24,000 nt of DNA from Pseudomonadota bacterium (GTDB taxonomy: Bacteria > Pseudomonadota > Gammaproteobacteria > HTCC5015): assembly GCA_051747425.1 (NCBI GenBank), contig JBNJGD010000009.1, positions 27,778-51,777 of the forward strand. Reading direction: 5' to 3'. Position numbers and translations under genes: made by a program. Positions 14,059 to 23,328 of the stretch are shown piece after piece (the first letter of the stretch is position 1; each line of letters starts with the position of its first letter). The notes beneath the pieces were generated by a model that was not told the DNA's origin, did not search any database, and was given only the letters and a program-made list of their open reading frames with translations.

Positions 14059-15825
14059 ATGACATCCCCCGATACCCTCCGTTTTTCCGAGCTGGCGCTC
14101 GCCGCGCCCGTATTGCAAACCCTTGAAAAGATAGGCTACGAAGTGCCCTCGCCGATTCAGGCCCAGAGCATTCCGCCGATTCTCGCCGGCCGCGACCTTA
14201 TGGGCGTGGCCCAGACCGGTACCGGCAAGACCGCCGCCTTTGCCCTGCCCCTGTTGTCGAACATCGACTGCGACCTGAAACAACCCCAGGTGCTGGTTCT
14301 GGCTCCCACGCGGGAGCTGGCCATCCAGGTGGCCGAGGCTTTCAAAACCTACGCCGGCCAACTCAAGGGCTTCCATGTGCTGCCCATCTACGGCGGCGCC
14401 GACATGGGCGGCCAGCTCAAGGCCCTGCGACGCGGCCCCCAGGTCGTGGTCGGCACTCCCGGGCGGGTCATGGACCACCTGCGGCGCAAAACCCTGGTCC
14501 TCGACCAGCTCAAGGCCGTGGTGCTCGATGAAGCCGACGAAATGCTGCGCATGGGCTTTATCGAGGATGTGAACTGGATCCTCGAGCACACCCCCCAACA
14601 GCGCCAGATCGCCCTCTTCTCGGCGACCATGCCGGCGCCGATCAAGAAACTCTCCAAGCAGTACTTGCGCGATCCGGTGTCGGTCAAAATTGAGGCCACC
14701 CAGAGTTCCATGGCCCAGATCGAACAGAGCTACTGGCTGGTCAAGGGCGCCAACAAACTGGAGGCCCTGACCCGCATCCTCGAGGTAGAGCCCTTTGATG
14801 GCATCATCATGTTCGCCCGGACGAAGAACATGACCGTGGAACTGGCCGACAAGCTGGACGCCCGAGGCTACCGCACGGCGGCGATCAACGGCGATATCAC
14901 GCAAAAACTGCGCGAGCGCACCATCGACCAGCTCAAGAAAAACAAGATCGACATCCTGGTAGCCACCGATGTGGCCGCCCGGGGTATCGATGTGGCCCGC
15001 ATCAGCCATGTGATCAACTTTGACATTCCCTACGACCCCGAGGCCTATGTCCACCGCATTGGCCGCACAGGTCGTGCAGGTCGCAGCGGCAAGGCGATTC
15101 TCTTTGTCGCTCCCCGCGAACGCCACCTGTTGAGAGCCATTGAAAAGGCTACCGGCCAGAGCGTCGCGCCCATGGACCTGCCCAGCCGCGAGGTCGTCCA
15201 GCGCCAGCGCGAGGATCGCTTTATCCAGCGCACTCTGGAAGTCGGTCAGTCACAGGATCTGGACTTCTACCACCGTCTGGTGCAAAGAGCCCTGTCCGAC
15301 GGCGAGGTGGACATTGAAACCCTGGCCGCCAGCCTGGCCTACATGGCTCAGGAAACACAGCCGCTGGTGCCGGAAACCCCGCAGTTTGAGCCCAGTCAGC
15401 GCAGCTCTGGCGCCTCCGAGCGCAGTGACAAGCGCCCGGGCAAATCACAGCGTCAAAAACAGGACGATGTGCCCATGGAGAGCTTTCGCATCGCCGTGGG
15501 CCGTAAACACGATGTCAAACCCGGCGACATCGTCGGCGCCATCGCCAACGAAGCCGGCGTCGAGAGCCGCTACATTGGCCGCATCGAACTGGGCGACTTG
15601 TGGAGCACCATCGGCCTGCCCGAGGGCATGCCCGGGGAAGTATTCGCCAAACTCAAAACCTTGCGCGTCCGTGGCCAGCCGCTGAACATTGAGCGCAGTG
15701 CCGGCCCGCAGTCGGGCAAGCGACCGCCCTCGCCTCCGGCCAAAAAAGGCAAGAAGCGCCCGGCACTGGAGCGCAAGAAACTCGAACAGAAAAAGAAAAA
15801 GGCCAAGGGCGGCAAAAACGCCTAG
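14059..15825 (+). CDS. deaD: DEAD-box ATP-dependent RNA helicase DeaD/CsdA
   Basis: 588 aa. Q-motif region FSELALAAPVLQTL..GYEVPSPIQ, motif I AQTGTGKT, motif II DEAD, SAT, HRIGRTGRAG. The C-terminal DbpA-type RNA-binding domain ends in a Lys-rich tail. Confidence 0.93.
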   Translation: MTSPDTLRFSELALAAPVLQTLEKIGYEVPSPIQAQSIPPILAGRDLMGVAQTGTGKTAAFALPLLSNIDCDLKQPQVLVLAPTRELAIQVAEAFKTYAGQLKGFHVLPIYGGADMGGQLKALRRGPQVVVGTPGRVMDHLRRKTLVLDQLKAVVLDEADEMLRMGFIEDVNWILEHTPQQRQIALFSATMPAPIKKLSKQYLRDPVSVKIEATQSSMAQIEQSYWLVKGANKLEALTRILEVEPFDGIIMFARTKNMTVELADKLDARGYRTAAINGDITQKLRERTIDQLKKNKIDILVATDVAARGIDVARISHVINFDIPYDPEAYVHRIGRTGRAGRSGKAILFVAPRERHLLRAIEKATGQSVAPMDLPSREVVQRQREDRFIQRTLEVGQSQDLDFYHRLVQRALSDGEVDIETLAASLAYMAQETQPLVPETPQFEPSQRSSGASERSDKRPGKSQRQKQDDVPMESFRIAVGRKHDVKPGDIVGAIANEAGVESRYIGRIELGDLWSTIGLPEGMPGEVFAKLKTLRVRGQPLNIERSAGPQSGKRPPSPPAKKGKKRPALERKKLEQKKKKAKGGKNA

Positions 15826-17648
15826 TCGCCGTCGGGTAGCTCGTCTTCCCGTTTTCCAAAACGGCGTCGCTTGGCCTCGGCCGTCAGTACCCGCTCCAGT
15901 TCCTGGTTGTTTTGATGGGAGCGGGTCATGTATTCCTTCTGATCGTCGATGTAATCGATCAGCTCGTGGAGATGGGCCTCGTCCATCCGACGAAATGTCT
16001 CTGCAGCCAGCGCCGTATGCTGCTCGTTGATGCCCATCAACTGCAGCGCCTGTTCCCCCATGCTCATGGCCGAGTGGAAGGTGTCGCGAATGACCACATC
16101 CACGCCGGCCTTGAGCAGTTTCTGGGCCTCGTAGCGGCCCGTAGCCCGGGCCATTATCGTCAGCCGGGGATGGTGCTTTTTGCTGTACTGGGCAATCGAC
16201 ATGACTTTTTCCGGATCGGCCAGGGCCAGCACCAGCAGTTTGGCTTCACCGATGCCCGCCGACTCGAGCAACTCCGGGCGCGAGGCGTCACCAAAAAACA
16301 CCTTCTGACCAAAGCGCCGCACCATCTCCACTTGCTGAACACTGTGATCCAGAACGGTCCCTTCAAAACCGTTGGTGCGCAGGAAGCGCCCCACCACTTG
16401 CCCGAAACGACCGTAGCCGGCCAGTATCACCGGAGTCTCGCCGTCGTCGATAAAATCCGGTTCTGGCTCGTTGCGCCCGCGCCACAATCGGGGGTACAGC
16501 ACGCGCTCGTAAAACAGCATCATCAGCGGCGTCACCGCCATGGACAGGGCCACTGCGAGTATGAGCGGGTCTATCAGCTCGCGCTCGAGTACCGACACGG
16601 ACGCCGCAAAACTGAACAGTACGAAGGCGAACTCGCCGCCCTGGGCCAGGGTCAGCGTGAACAACCAGCGCTGGTCGCGAGCCAGTCCAAAGAGGCGTGC
16701 CAGTACATAGAGCACCACAAACTTGATGGCGATCAGGCCCGTCAGGAGACCCAGGATCAATGCCGTCGAGTCCGCCAATAACTGAAAATCAATGCTGGCA
16801 CCCACCGAGATAAAGAACAGTCCCAGCAGCAGGCTTTTGAAGGGATCGATCTCGGCTTCCAGTTCGTGACGGTACTCACTGTCGGCGAGGACCACGCCGG
16901 CGAGAAAAGTACCCAGGGCCGCCGACAACCCCACCAGGTTCATCAACAATGTGATCCCGATGATCAGCATCAGTGAGGTAGCGGTAAACAACTCGCGCAT
17001 CCTGGCCATCGCCACCAGTCGGAAGAAGGGGCGCACGAGAAAACGCCCGGCGAGGATAATGCTGCCGATCACCGCGCCCACCAGCAGGGTTTGTTGCCAA
17101 CCGGCCAGCTGGCCGTAGAAGGTATCGCTGCCCGGCTCAACACTGGTCATTGCCAGCAGTGGCAACAGCGCCAACAGCGGTATCACCGCCATGTCCTGGA
17201 ACAGCAATACGGAAAAGGCCGAGCGGCCGGCCTCGGTCTTGATCAGCCCTTTTTCACTGAGCATCTGCAGCACAAGGGCGGTAGAGGAGAGAGCCAGAAT
17301 CAGGCCCACGGCCAGCGATTCCCGCCAGGAAAACCCCAGACTGAACCCGGCGACAAAAAGCAGGGCCGCCGTCACCAGTACCTGGGCGCCCCCCAAACCG
17401 AGAATGGGCGTTCGCAAACGCCACAATTTGGCCGGCTCCATTTCCAGACCGATCAAAAACAACATCATCACTACGCCGAGTTCGGCAAAGTGCATGACAT
17501 CGTGGATATCCTTGCCCACCAGGGCCAGCGCGTAGGGGCCAATCACGGCACCGGCAATCAGGTATCCGAGCACCGAGCCAAAACCCAGCCGGCGGGCAAT
17601 GGGAACGGCGATCACCGCGGCAAAAAGGAATACAAAGGCCTGGAACAT
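15822..17648 (-). CDS. Kef-type (CPA2) glutathione-gated K+ efflux / cation:proton antiporter with C-terminal RCK (TrkA-N) domain
   Basis: The N-terminus FAAVIAVPIARRLGFGSVLGYLIAGAVIGP aligns with KefB/KefC. About 13 TM segments are followed by VILAGYGRFGQVVGRFL, the Rossmann motif of an RCK domain. The first ATG is at 17648; the track's 17666 start is a TTG. No clear SD was seen. Confidence 0.86.
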   Translation of the reverse strand: MFQAFVFLFAAVIAVPIARRLGFGSVLGYLIAGAVIGPYALALVGKDIHDVMHFAELGVVMMLFLIGLEMEPAKLWRLRTPILGLGGAQVLVTAALLFVAGFSLGFSWRESLAVGLILALSSTALVLQMLSEKGLIKTEAGRSAFSVLLFQDMAVIPLLALLPLLAMTSVEPGSDTFYGQLAGWQQTLLVGAVIGSIILAGRFLVRPFFRLVAMARMRELFTATSLMLIIGITLLMNLVGLSAALGTFLAGVVLADSEYRHELEAEIDPFKSLLLGLFFISVGASIDFQLLADSTALILGLLTGLIAIKFVVLYVLARLFGLARDQRWLFTLTLAQGGEFAFVLFSFAASVSVLERELIDPLILAVALSMAVTPLMMLFYERVLYPRLWRGRNEPEPDFIDDGETPVILAGYGRFGQVVGRFLRTNGFEGTVLDHSVQQVEMVRRFGQKVFFGDASRPELLESAGIGEAKLLVLALADPEKVMSIAQYSKKHHPRLTIMARATGRYEAQKLLKAGVDVVIRDTFHSAMSMGEQALQLMGINEQHTALAAETFRRMDEAHLHELIDYIDDQKEYMTRSHQNNQELERVLTAEAKRRRFGKREDELPDGD

Positions 17649-17736
17649 CGGGGAAATGTATCCCAATCAAAGCCACGGGGAAAGAGGTTGCGGGAAAGAT
17701 GGAGTCCGTGGGCTTCCTGGCTCTGTGGTCAGGGAA

Positions 17737-18156
17737 TCACTCTTCTTCGGGGACCCACCAGGTAATTTCCAGATCCTCTTTCTTGCCCCACTCCCGTGCG
17801 GCTTCCACATCGGTGCCCATGAAGATGTCGATCTTTTCGTCCCAGCGCTTGTTCATTTTGTCGCGAACCACATAGTAGCCGGACAGACCCTCGATCTTGA
17901 CCTCGGTCTCGTGGTCCAACCCTTGGGGGATCAGGTCCCGGGAAACGGCGATGGCCTTCATGCCCGGCTCCAGCTGGTCGCCCCAGGCGGCCAGGCCAAC
18001 ATTGCCCTTCTTGGTTTCCTCTTCGCGCATGGTGTAGGCGCTTGCCGTGACTTCCATCGTCTTCGGCTCCCCGGCGGGTTCACAGCCGGTTAGCCCGGTG
18101 GCGCCCACGACGGCGGCGGTGATCAGTAGTGCGTGACTAGACTTCACCTGTTTCAT
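17737..18156 (-). CDS. 3D (Asp-Asp-Asp) domain lipoprotein, MltA/YuiC-like fold
   Basis: 139 aa from ATG 18156. Lipobox ATGLTGC. 3D-domain pattern ASAYT...GMKAIAVSRDLIPQG...VKIEGLSGYYVVRDKMNKRW..KIDIFMG. Confidence 0.72.
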   Translation of the reverse strand: MKQVKSSHALLITAAVVGATGLTGCEPAGEPKTMEVTASAYTMREEETKKGNVGLAAWGDQLEPGMKAIAVSRDLIPQGLDHETEVKIEGLSGYYVVRDKMNKRWDEKIDIFMGTDVEAAREWGKKEDLEITWWVPEEE

Positions 18157-18218
18157 GGCCTTGTCCTCTTTCTTTGACACTAACAGGTTAAACCACCACC
18201 GACATCGGGGCTTGAAGA

Positions 18219-18941
18219 TTAAAACCAGGCGGAAAAGCCGACCAGCCAGCGGGTTTCCCGGGTCTCCTCGCCCGCCGCGCGCCTCAGGTCGGCGGTTTGC
18301 CCCAGGGACTGCTCGTGGTGAACGCCAATGTATGGCCCCAGCTCCGGGGCGAACTCATAGCGCAGGCGCAAACCCGCCTCCATCAGGCTGACACCGCTCT
18401 CCTCGGCCTCGTCGGGCCGGTCGCTACCGTTGATGGTCAGCTCCACATCCGGCACCAGCACCCAGCGCTGGGTGATCATAAACTCGTACTCGCTCTCGAG
18501 CCGCAGCTGGCTGTTGCCATCGCCGTCGGCGTAGAGGGCAATGTCCGAATCCCAGTAGTACGGCGCCAGACCCTGAAGGCCCACGGCCAGCCAGTGCTGA
18601 TCGCCGTGGTGGCGGTCATCGTCCACGCGCCAACCGGCATAGGCTTCCCAGTAGGCCGTGACGGCGCGGGCCAGTCGCAGCTGCTGCTCGCTGTGGGCAT
18701 ATTCACCGTCCTCGGCTTCGCCGTGGCTGAGAAACCACAGTTTGGTGAGGTCGTAGCCGGCCCAGGCCTCGAAGTCCCAGGTCTGCACCGGTTCGTCAGC
18801 AGACTTCGGCGCAAAGCGGTGCTCGGCCTGGTGGAGCATGCCTTTTACCAACAGCGGGTCGTCGGGCATTTCCATGGCGTGCAGCACCACACTGAAGAGC
18901 AAGGCAACCAGTGCTATTCCCGCGTAAACAAGATGTCTCAT
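18219..18941 (-). CDS. copB: Copper resistance outer-membrane protein CopB/PcoB (short form lacking the Met/His-rich N-terminal region)
   Basis: 240 aa with a signal peptide. The CopB family pattern runs from WDFEAWAGYDLTKLW to the C-terminal GFSAWF beta-barrel terminus. Its ATG overlaps the copA TGA (ATGA at 18938-18941). Confidence 0.9.
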   Translation of the reverse strand: MRHLVYAGIALVALLFSVVLHAMEMPDDPLLVKGMLHQAEHRFAPKSADEPVQTWDFEAWAGYDLTKLWFLSHGEAEDGEYAHSEQQLRLARAVTAYWEAYAGWRVDDDRHHGDQHWLAVGLQGLAPYYWDSDIALYADGDGNSQLRLESEYEFMITQRWVLVPDVELTINGSDRPDEAEESGVSLMEAGLRLRYEFAPELGPYIGVHHEQSLGQTADLRRAAGEETRETRWLVGFSAWF

Positions 18942-20737
18942 GCTTCACCTCCTTCCACACGCACTTCCCGGAACATGCCCAGCATGTGATAGAGCAAGTG
19001 ACAGTGATAGGCCCAGCGCCCCGGTGCATCGGCGCTGACCAGGTAGGAGATCTTGGCCCCCGGCTGGGCAATCACCGTGTGCTTGCGCGGAATGTAGTCG
19101 GGGTCGCCGGTCTCCAGATCGCTCCACATACCGTGGAGGTGGATCGGGTGGTTCATCATGGTGTCGTTAACCAGGGTAATCCGCACCCGCTCGCCGTACT
19201 GTAGTTTCAGTGGCTCGGCATCGGCAAACTTGATGCCGTCCATGGACCACATGTAACGGCTCATATTGCCGGTCAGGTGCAACTGAATCTCCCGCCCCGG
19301 CTCGCGCGGGTCGGGTGTGCCGTGGCGGTGCCTGAGATCGGCGTAGGTCAACACCTTGCGGCCAAGCTTGTCGGCGTGATCGCGCAGGCCGATGCCCGGA
19401 TCGTCCAGACGGTACTGCGGCGCTTCGGCGCGCATGTCGATGTGCGGCCCGAACTCGCTGTCGGCGTGGGCTATTTCGGCCGATGACCCCAAACCGGCAC
19501 CGCCCTCACCCATCGAATCGCGCTTCATGTTGTGGTGGCCATGGTGACCGTGATGGTCGTGACCGCCACCCTGCCCCATGGAGGCCATCGCCATCCCCAT
19601 GTCCCTATGTTGCAACTCGGGCACGGCATCCATGGCCGGCACCTTGCCACGCAGTGACGGGTCGGGGGTCAGCGTGCCGCGGGCGTAACCGCTGCGGTCA
19701 ATGGCCTGGGCGAATACCGTCCAGGCACGATCGTCGGCAGGCTCCACCAATACATCGTAGGTCTCGGCCACGCCGATGCGGAATTCGTCCACCGTCACCG
19801 GCTCAATCGGCTGACCATCGGCCTCGACCACGGTCATTTTCAGGCCCGGTATGCGGACATCAAAAAAGGTCATGGCCGCGGCGTTAATCACCCGCAGGCG
19901 CACGGTTTGCCCGCGCTTGAACAGGCCCACCCAACCGCTGTCGGGGGTCTGGCCGTTCATCAGGAAAGTGTAGGTGTAGCCGGTGACATCGGAAATGTCG
20001 CGACTGCTCATGCGCATCTCGTTCCACATTTTCCGATCCCGCCAGGTTTGCAGCACCCCTTTCTTCTCAATGTCCCGCATCAAATCGGCCGCCGTGCGCT
20101 CCTGGCGATTGTAGAAGTGGGGCAGTTTTTTCAGAGTGGCGTAGATGTCCTCGGGGTCGTCGTCGCTCCAGTCGGAAAGTACCAGCGTGTGCTCCACATC
20201 GCTGTGTATCTCGTCGGCTTCCAGCGGATCGACGATCAGGGCGCCGTAGAGACCGGTCTGCTCCTGAAAACCCGAGTGGCTGTGGTACCAGTAGGTGCCA
20301 CTCTGCTCCAGTTTGAAGCGGTAGCGAAAGGTCTCGCCGGGCTGAATGCCGTCAAAGCTGAGCCCCGGCACACCGTCCATGCCGGTGGGCAGAATAATCC
20401 CGTGCCAATGAATCGAGCTGTCGTGGGGCAAGTGATTGGTGACATCAATGGTCACCGTATCGCCCTCGCGGAAGCGCAGGGTCGGCGCGGGCAAACTGCC
20501 GTTGACCACGGTGGCCCGGCGCTCGCGGCCGGTAAAATTGACCGGCGTCTCGCCAATCTGAAGCTGGATATGGCGGCCGGAGAGCTGCTCGGGACCGTTG
20601 TGGCCGCGCTGGCCCAGACGCTCACGGGTGGCACTATCGACCTGTCCCAGGGAGCGGGCGCTGAGCAGGCTCAGCCCGGCAATGGCGCCGGCGCCGAGCA
20701 CAAAGCGGCGACGACTGTGATGGATGGAGTCTTTCAT
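18938..20737 (-). CDS. copA: Periplasmic multicopper oxidase CopA/PcoA
   Basis: Tat signal SRRRFVLGAG. Copper ligand motifs HWHG, WYHSH, HPIHLHG, HCHLLYHMLGMF. A Met/His-rich insert reads MGMAMASMGQGGGHDHHGHHGHHNM. Confidence 0.93.
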   Translation of the reverse strand: MKDSIHHSRRRFVLGAGAIAGLSLLSARSLGQVDSATRERLGQRGHNGPEQLSGRHIQLQIGETPVNFTGRERRATVVNGSLPAPTLRFREGDTVTIDVTNHLPHDSSIHWHGIILPTGMDGVPGLSFDGIQPGETFRYRFKLEQSGTYWYHSHSGFQEQTGLYGALIVDPLEADEIHSDVEHTLVLSDWSDDDPEDIYATLKKLPHFYNRQERTAADLMRDIEKKGVLQTWRDRKMWNEMRMSSRDISDVTGYTYTFLMNGQTPDSGWVGLFKRGQTVRLRVINAAAMTFFDVRIPGLKMTVVEADGQPIEPVTVDEFRIGVAETYDVLVEPADDRAWTVFAQAIDRSGYARGTLTPDPSLRGKVPAMDAVPELQHRDMGMAMASMGQGGGHDHHGHHGHHNMKRDSMGEGGAGLGSSAEIAHADSEFGPHIDMRAEAPQYRLDDPGIGLRDHADKLGRKVLTYADLRHRHGTPDPREPGREIQLHLTGNMSRYMWSMDGIKFADAEPLKLQYGERVRITLVNDTMMNHPIHLHGMWSDLETGDPDYIPRKHTVIAQPGAKISYLVSADAPGRWAYHCHLLYHMLGMFREVRVEGGEA

Positions 20738-20787
20738 GTTGCACCTTCGGTAAAGTCGGTTGAAATCGCCACCGGATCAGTGGCTCG

Positions 20788-21174
20788 TCAAATACCGGAG
20801 TGCGCGATCGGGGGTCTCAGCAGGCGTTCGCGGTCGGGGCCGGGCAATGTCCGAACCCCGGGGAGGGGCTGAAAAACCAGAGGGCGGAGATCGATCAAAC
20901 CTGCCTGCGCCAACAGCAGGGGGACATGGCTGGCCGCACTGTAGCAGCAGCCACATTTGGACTCGCAGTGGTCGTGAATGGTCTCGCTGGCATCGGAGAC
21001 TTCATGGCAATCGCTTTCGTCCGCGGAGGCCGCGTGGTGCGGCATTTCAACCACCGCTGTCTTCGGCTCCGCCTCGGCTTCCACAGGCGACAACAGGGCG
21101 GCCACCGCCTGCCCGTTAAGCAGCGCAGCGAGGATCACAATGGCCAGTGTTCGAAAGCCGTTCATAGGAACCAT
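20788..21174 (-). CDS. copL: CopL-like / DUF2946-like Cys/His-rich metal-binding protein upstream of copA
   Basis: 128 aa (or 125 aa from ATG 21165). N-terminal hydrophobic segment ending LLNGQAVAA. His/Cys cluster HHAASADESDCHEVSDASETIHDHCESKCGCC. C-terminal LLRPPIA motif, as I recall for CopL-family proteins of xanthomonad copLAB loci. The family assignment is from memory and was not searched. Confidence 0.6.
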   Translation of the reverse strand: MVPMNGFRTLAIVILAALLNGQAVAALLSPVEAEAEPKTAVVEMPHHAASADESDCHEVSDASETIHDHCESKCGCCYSAASHVPLLLAQAGLIDLRPLVFQPLPGVRTLPGPDRERLLRPPIAHSGI

Positions 21175-21211
21175 TCTGGCCCTTGCCAGACGCCTGTCAA
21201 CAAGGTTTTGT

Positions 21212-23200
21212 CTATAGTAGCGATGCGAGCAGTCTCTGAAGCACCTTCTCTTTCAATGAACCGGTTTGCCACAGTTTCATTCGCTTCAAGGCGCTTTCAT
21301 GTTGTTTCTGTGGTTTTTTAAACCCACTCTTCGCTATCGCCATGAACAGGCCTGGCTTCGATGCCGACAGGGCTTTGAGCTTCATCAGGGCCGGCAACAG
21401 CTGCTGTTCGATCTCGTCAAAGTCCGTGCCCAGGGGATAGGTGGGAAAGAGGCGCTCGCGCTCGAGGTGTTTCAGCCGCTGTTCAAGCATTTGCGGCGTG
21501 TTGTTCTGAAAGGCCTCGGGAATGCGATAGTCCGCCGGCAGTTTGTGCGCCTTCCTCGCCGCTTCCAACAGCTCCTCCTGAAATCTCGAATCGGCGATAT
21601 TGAGCATGGCGGCATAGACCTCCTGGTCGTTGCGACCGCGCAGGTCAGCGATGCCGTACTCGGTAATCACAATATCGCGCAGATGGCGGGGAATGGTGGT
21701 GTGGCCATAGGCAAAACGGATGTTGGACTGGGCGTCGTCGCCACTGCCCCGCGTGGCCCGCACCAGCAGTATCGAGCGGGCATCGGCGAGCTGATGGGCC
21801 ATGGCGACAAAGTTGTACTGGCCACCGACGCCGCTCAATACGCGCCCGTCCTCCAGACCATCAGATACCACGGCGCCACTCAGGGTGGCCATCAGGCCGG
21901 TGTTGACGAAACGGGCGTGTTGACGCTGGGCCCGGAGCAATTCGGGGTCCCGGGTCAACTGATTGATGCAGCCGATGCTGCTCATATTGATTTTGGCCAG
22001 CAGCTCGGGCGACGCCTCACGCAGCCACTGGTAGAAATCCCGCGGACCGAGGAAGAAGCCGCCGTCGAGAATCTTGCCCCGACTACCCTCGGGTGCCGGT
22101 TCACCACGATTGACCGCGCGCTGGGTTTCCAGGTCGTCGTAGACCTCGCGGCTGATCACTCCCGCATCGATCAAAAAGCGGAAGCCATTGACGAACATTT
22201 CGCTGGAGCCGTAGAGCCCTCGCTCAAAGGGTTCGGTGCCGCCATCGGCGCCGATCAAATCACCGTACCGGGACGGCGCATCGAGCGCCTTGAGCAACTG
22301 GTGGTAATCCTCGGGCTGTCGCTGGCGCAGCAACAGCGCGTGAACCAGAGCGTCGGACATGGCACCGATGCCAATTTGCAGGGTGCCTCCGTCCCGAATC
22401 AATGCACTGGCGTAAAGCCCCATCAGGTAATCGCCCTGGCTCACGGCGTCGTTGGGCGTCGAGAACAGGGTTTTCTGCGTGGCGTCGCTGTCGATCAGCA
22501 CATCAAAAAAGTGACGGTCGATCTCGGCGTCGTTGGGCATAAAGGGCAAGTCGCGCTGAACCTGCCCCACGGTGACTACCCGGCGACCAATGCGCTCCGG
22601 TTCCCGCTCCACCCAGTCCGCCAAATCCAGAGTGACATCCGGGTTACAGCTCAGGCTGACCCGGCAATCGCCCGCAATGTCGCCCTCAACCGCTACCATC
22701 TGGGCCACCAGGTTGGCCCCCTGGTCGATCAGATCCCGGGCCACATGGGTGTAGTTGCTGGAGATGTAGTGTTGCTGAGCGTAGGGCGCACCCAACATAT
22801 CGCCGGGTTTAAAGAAAAATTCACAGACTTCGATATTGTCGGGCACGCGACCGGACTTCACATCGGCCACATAGTCGGGCTCCTCGTAGTCACCGAATAC
22901 GCGCTCCAGAAACGGTCCGGAAAAGCGCGCCTCGATGTCGCTTTTCGCTTTCGGCACCGCCAGACTCAAAGCGGTGATGATTTTGAGCGACAGCGCGGGG
23001 TTTTCCCGCACCCGGCGATAGAGCGCGTTGACGAAGGCCACCGGCTTGCCCAGCCCCAGGGGAATACCCAGAACAATGCGATCGCCCAGCAACTCCAGCA
23101 CCGCATCCACGGCGGTCTCGGTGTCCCGGTGCGCCTGCGGGGCGCGCTCGCGGTCGACAATCGACTGGCTATCCAATGTTGTTACCTCTGTGTCTGACAT
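21212..23200 (-). CDS. Acetyl-CoA hydrolase/CoA-transferase family protein (long form)
   Basis: 662 aa. The N-terminal GIPLGLGKP and the C-terminal-domain motif SGVGGQYNFVAMA are characteristic of the acetyl-CoA hydrolase/transferase family. Confidence 0.82.
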   Translation of the reverse strand: MSDTEVTTLDSQSIVDRERAPQAHRDTETAVDAVLELLGDRIVLGIPLGLGKPVAFVNALYRRVRENPALSLKIITALSLAVPKAKSDIEARFSGPFLERVFGDYEEPDYVADVKSGRVPDNIEVCEFFFKPGDMLGAPYAQQHYISSNYTHVARDLIDQGANLVAQMVAVEGDIAGDCRVSLSCNPDVTLDLADWVEREPERIGRRVVTVGQVQRDLPFMPNDAEIDRHFFDVLIDSDATQKTLFSTPNDAVSQGDYLMGLYASALIRDGGTLQIGIGAMSDALVHALLLRQRQPEDYHQLLKALDAPSRYGDLIGADGGTEPFERGLYGSSEMFVNGFRFLIDAGVISREVYDDLETQRAVNRGEPAPEGSRGKILDGGFFLGPRDFYQWLREASPELLAKINMSSIGCINQLTRDPELLRAQRQHARFVNTGLMATLSGAVVSDGLEDGRVLSGVGGQYNFVAMAHQLADARSILLVRATRGSGDDAQSNIRFAYGHTTIPRHLRDIVITEYGIADLRGRNDQEVYAAMLNIADSRFQEELLEAARKAHKLPADYRIPEAFQNNTPQMLEQRLKHLERERLFPTYPLGTDFDEIEQQLLPALMKLKALSASKPGLFMAIAKSGFKKPQKQHESALKRMKLWQTGSLKEKVLQRLLASLL

Positions 23201-23277
23201 GTCACTCGCTCTTCTCTACCAGCTTGCCCGTTTGTACGCCATGCTGCCGCGCTTTTCCAGCCTTTGTCTGCAGACAT

Positions 23278-23306
23278 AAAAAAGCCCGCCGGTTGGCGGG
23301 CTTTTT
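23278..23306. terminator. Rho-independent terminator downstream of mdh (functional on the minus strand; T-runs on both sides)
   Basis: GCCCGCC (23284-23290) pairs with GGCGGGC (23295-23301) around a GGTT loop. It is flanked by A6 (23278-23283) and T5 (23302-23306). It lies 23 nt after the mdh stop. Confidence 0.78.
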
Positions 23307-23328
23307 CTGGCGGGGTTGTCAGAAAACC

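Noticed and set aside
13960-15126. 388-aa minus-strand ORF
   Set aside because: It is antisense to deaD, whose DEAD-box motifs are unambiguous. It is a shadow ORF.
21181-21205. CueR/MerR-type operator-promoter upstream of the copL-like gene
   Set aside because: A perfect TTGACA and CCTTG/CAAGG arms are present. However, the arm spacing (15 nt) and position do not match the MerR-family dyad-in-spacer layout. No acceptable -10 lies at 17-19 bp.
21266-23197. 643-aa plus-strand ORF
   Set aside because: It is antisense to the acetyl-CoA hydrolase/transferase gene, which has clear family motifs. The plus-strand translation has none.
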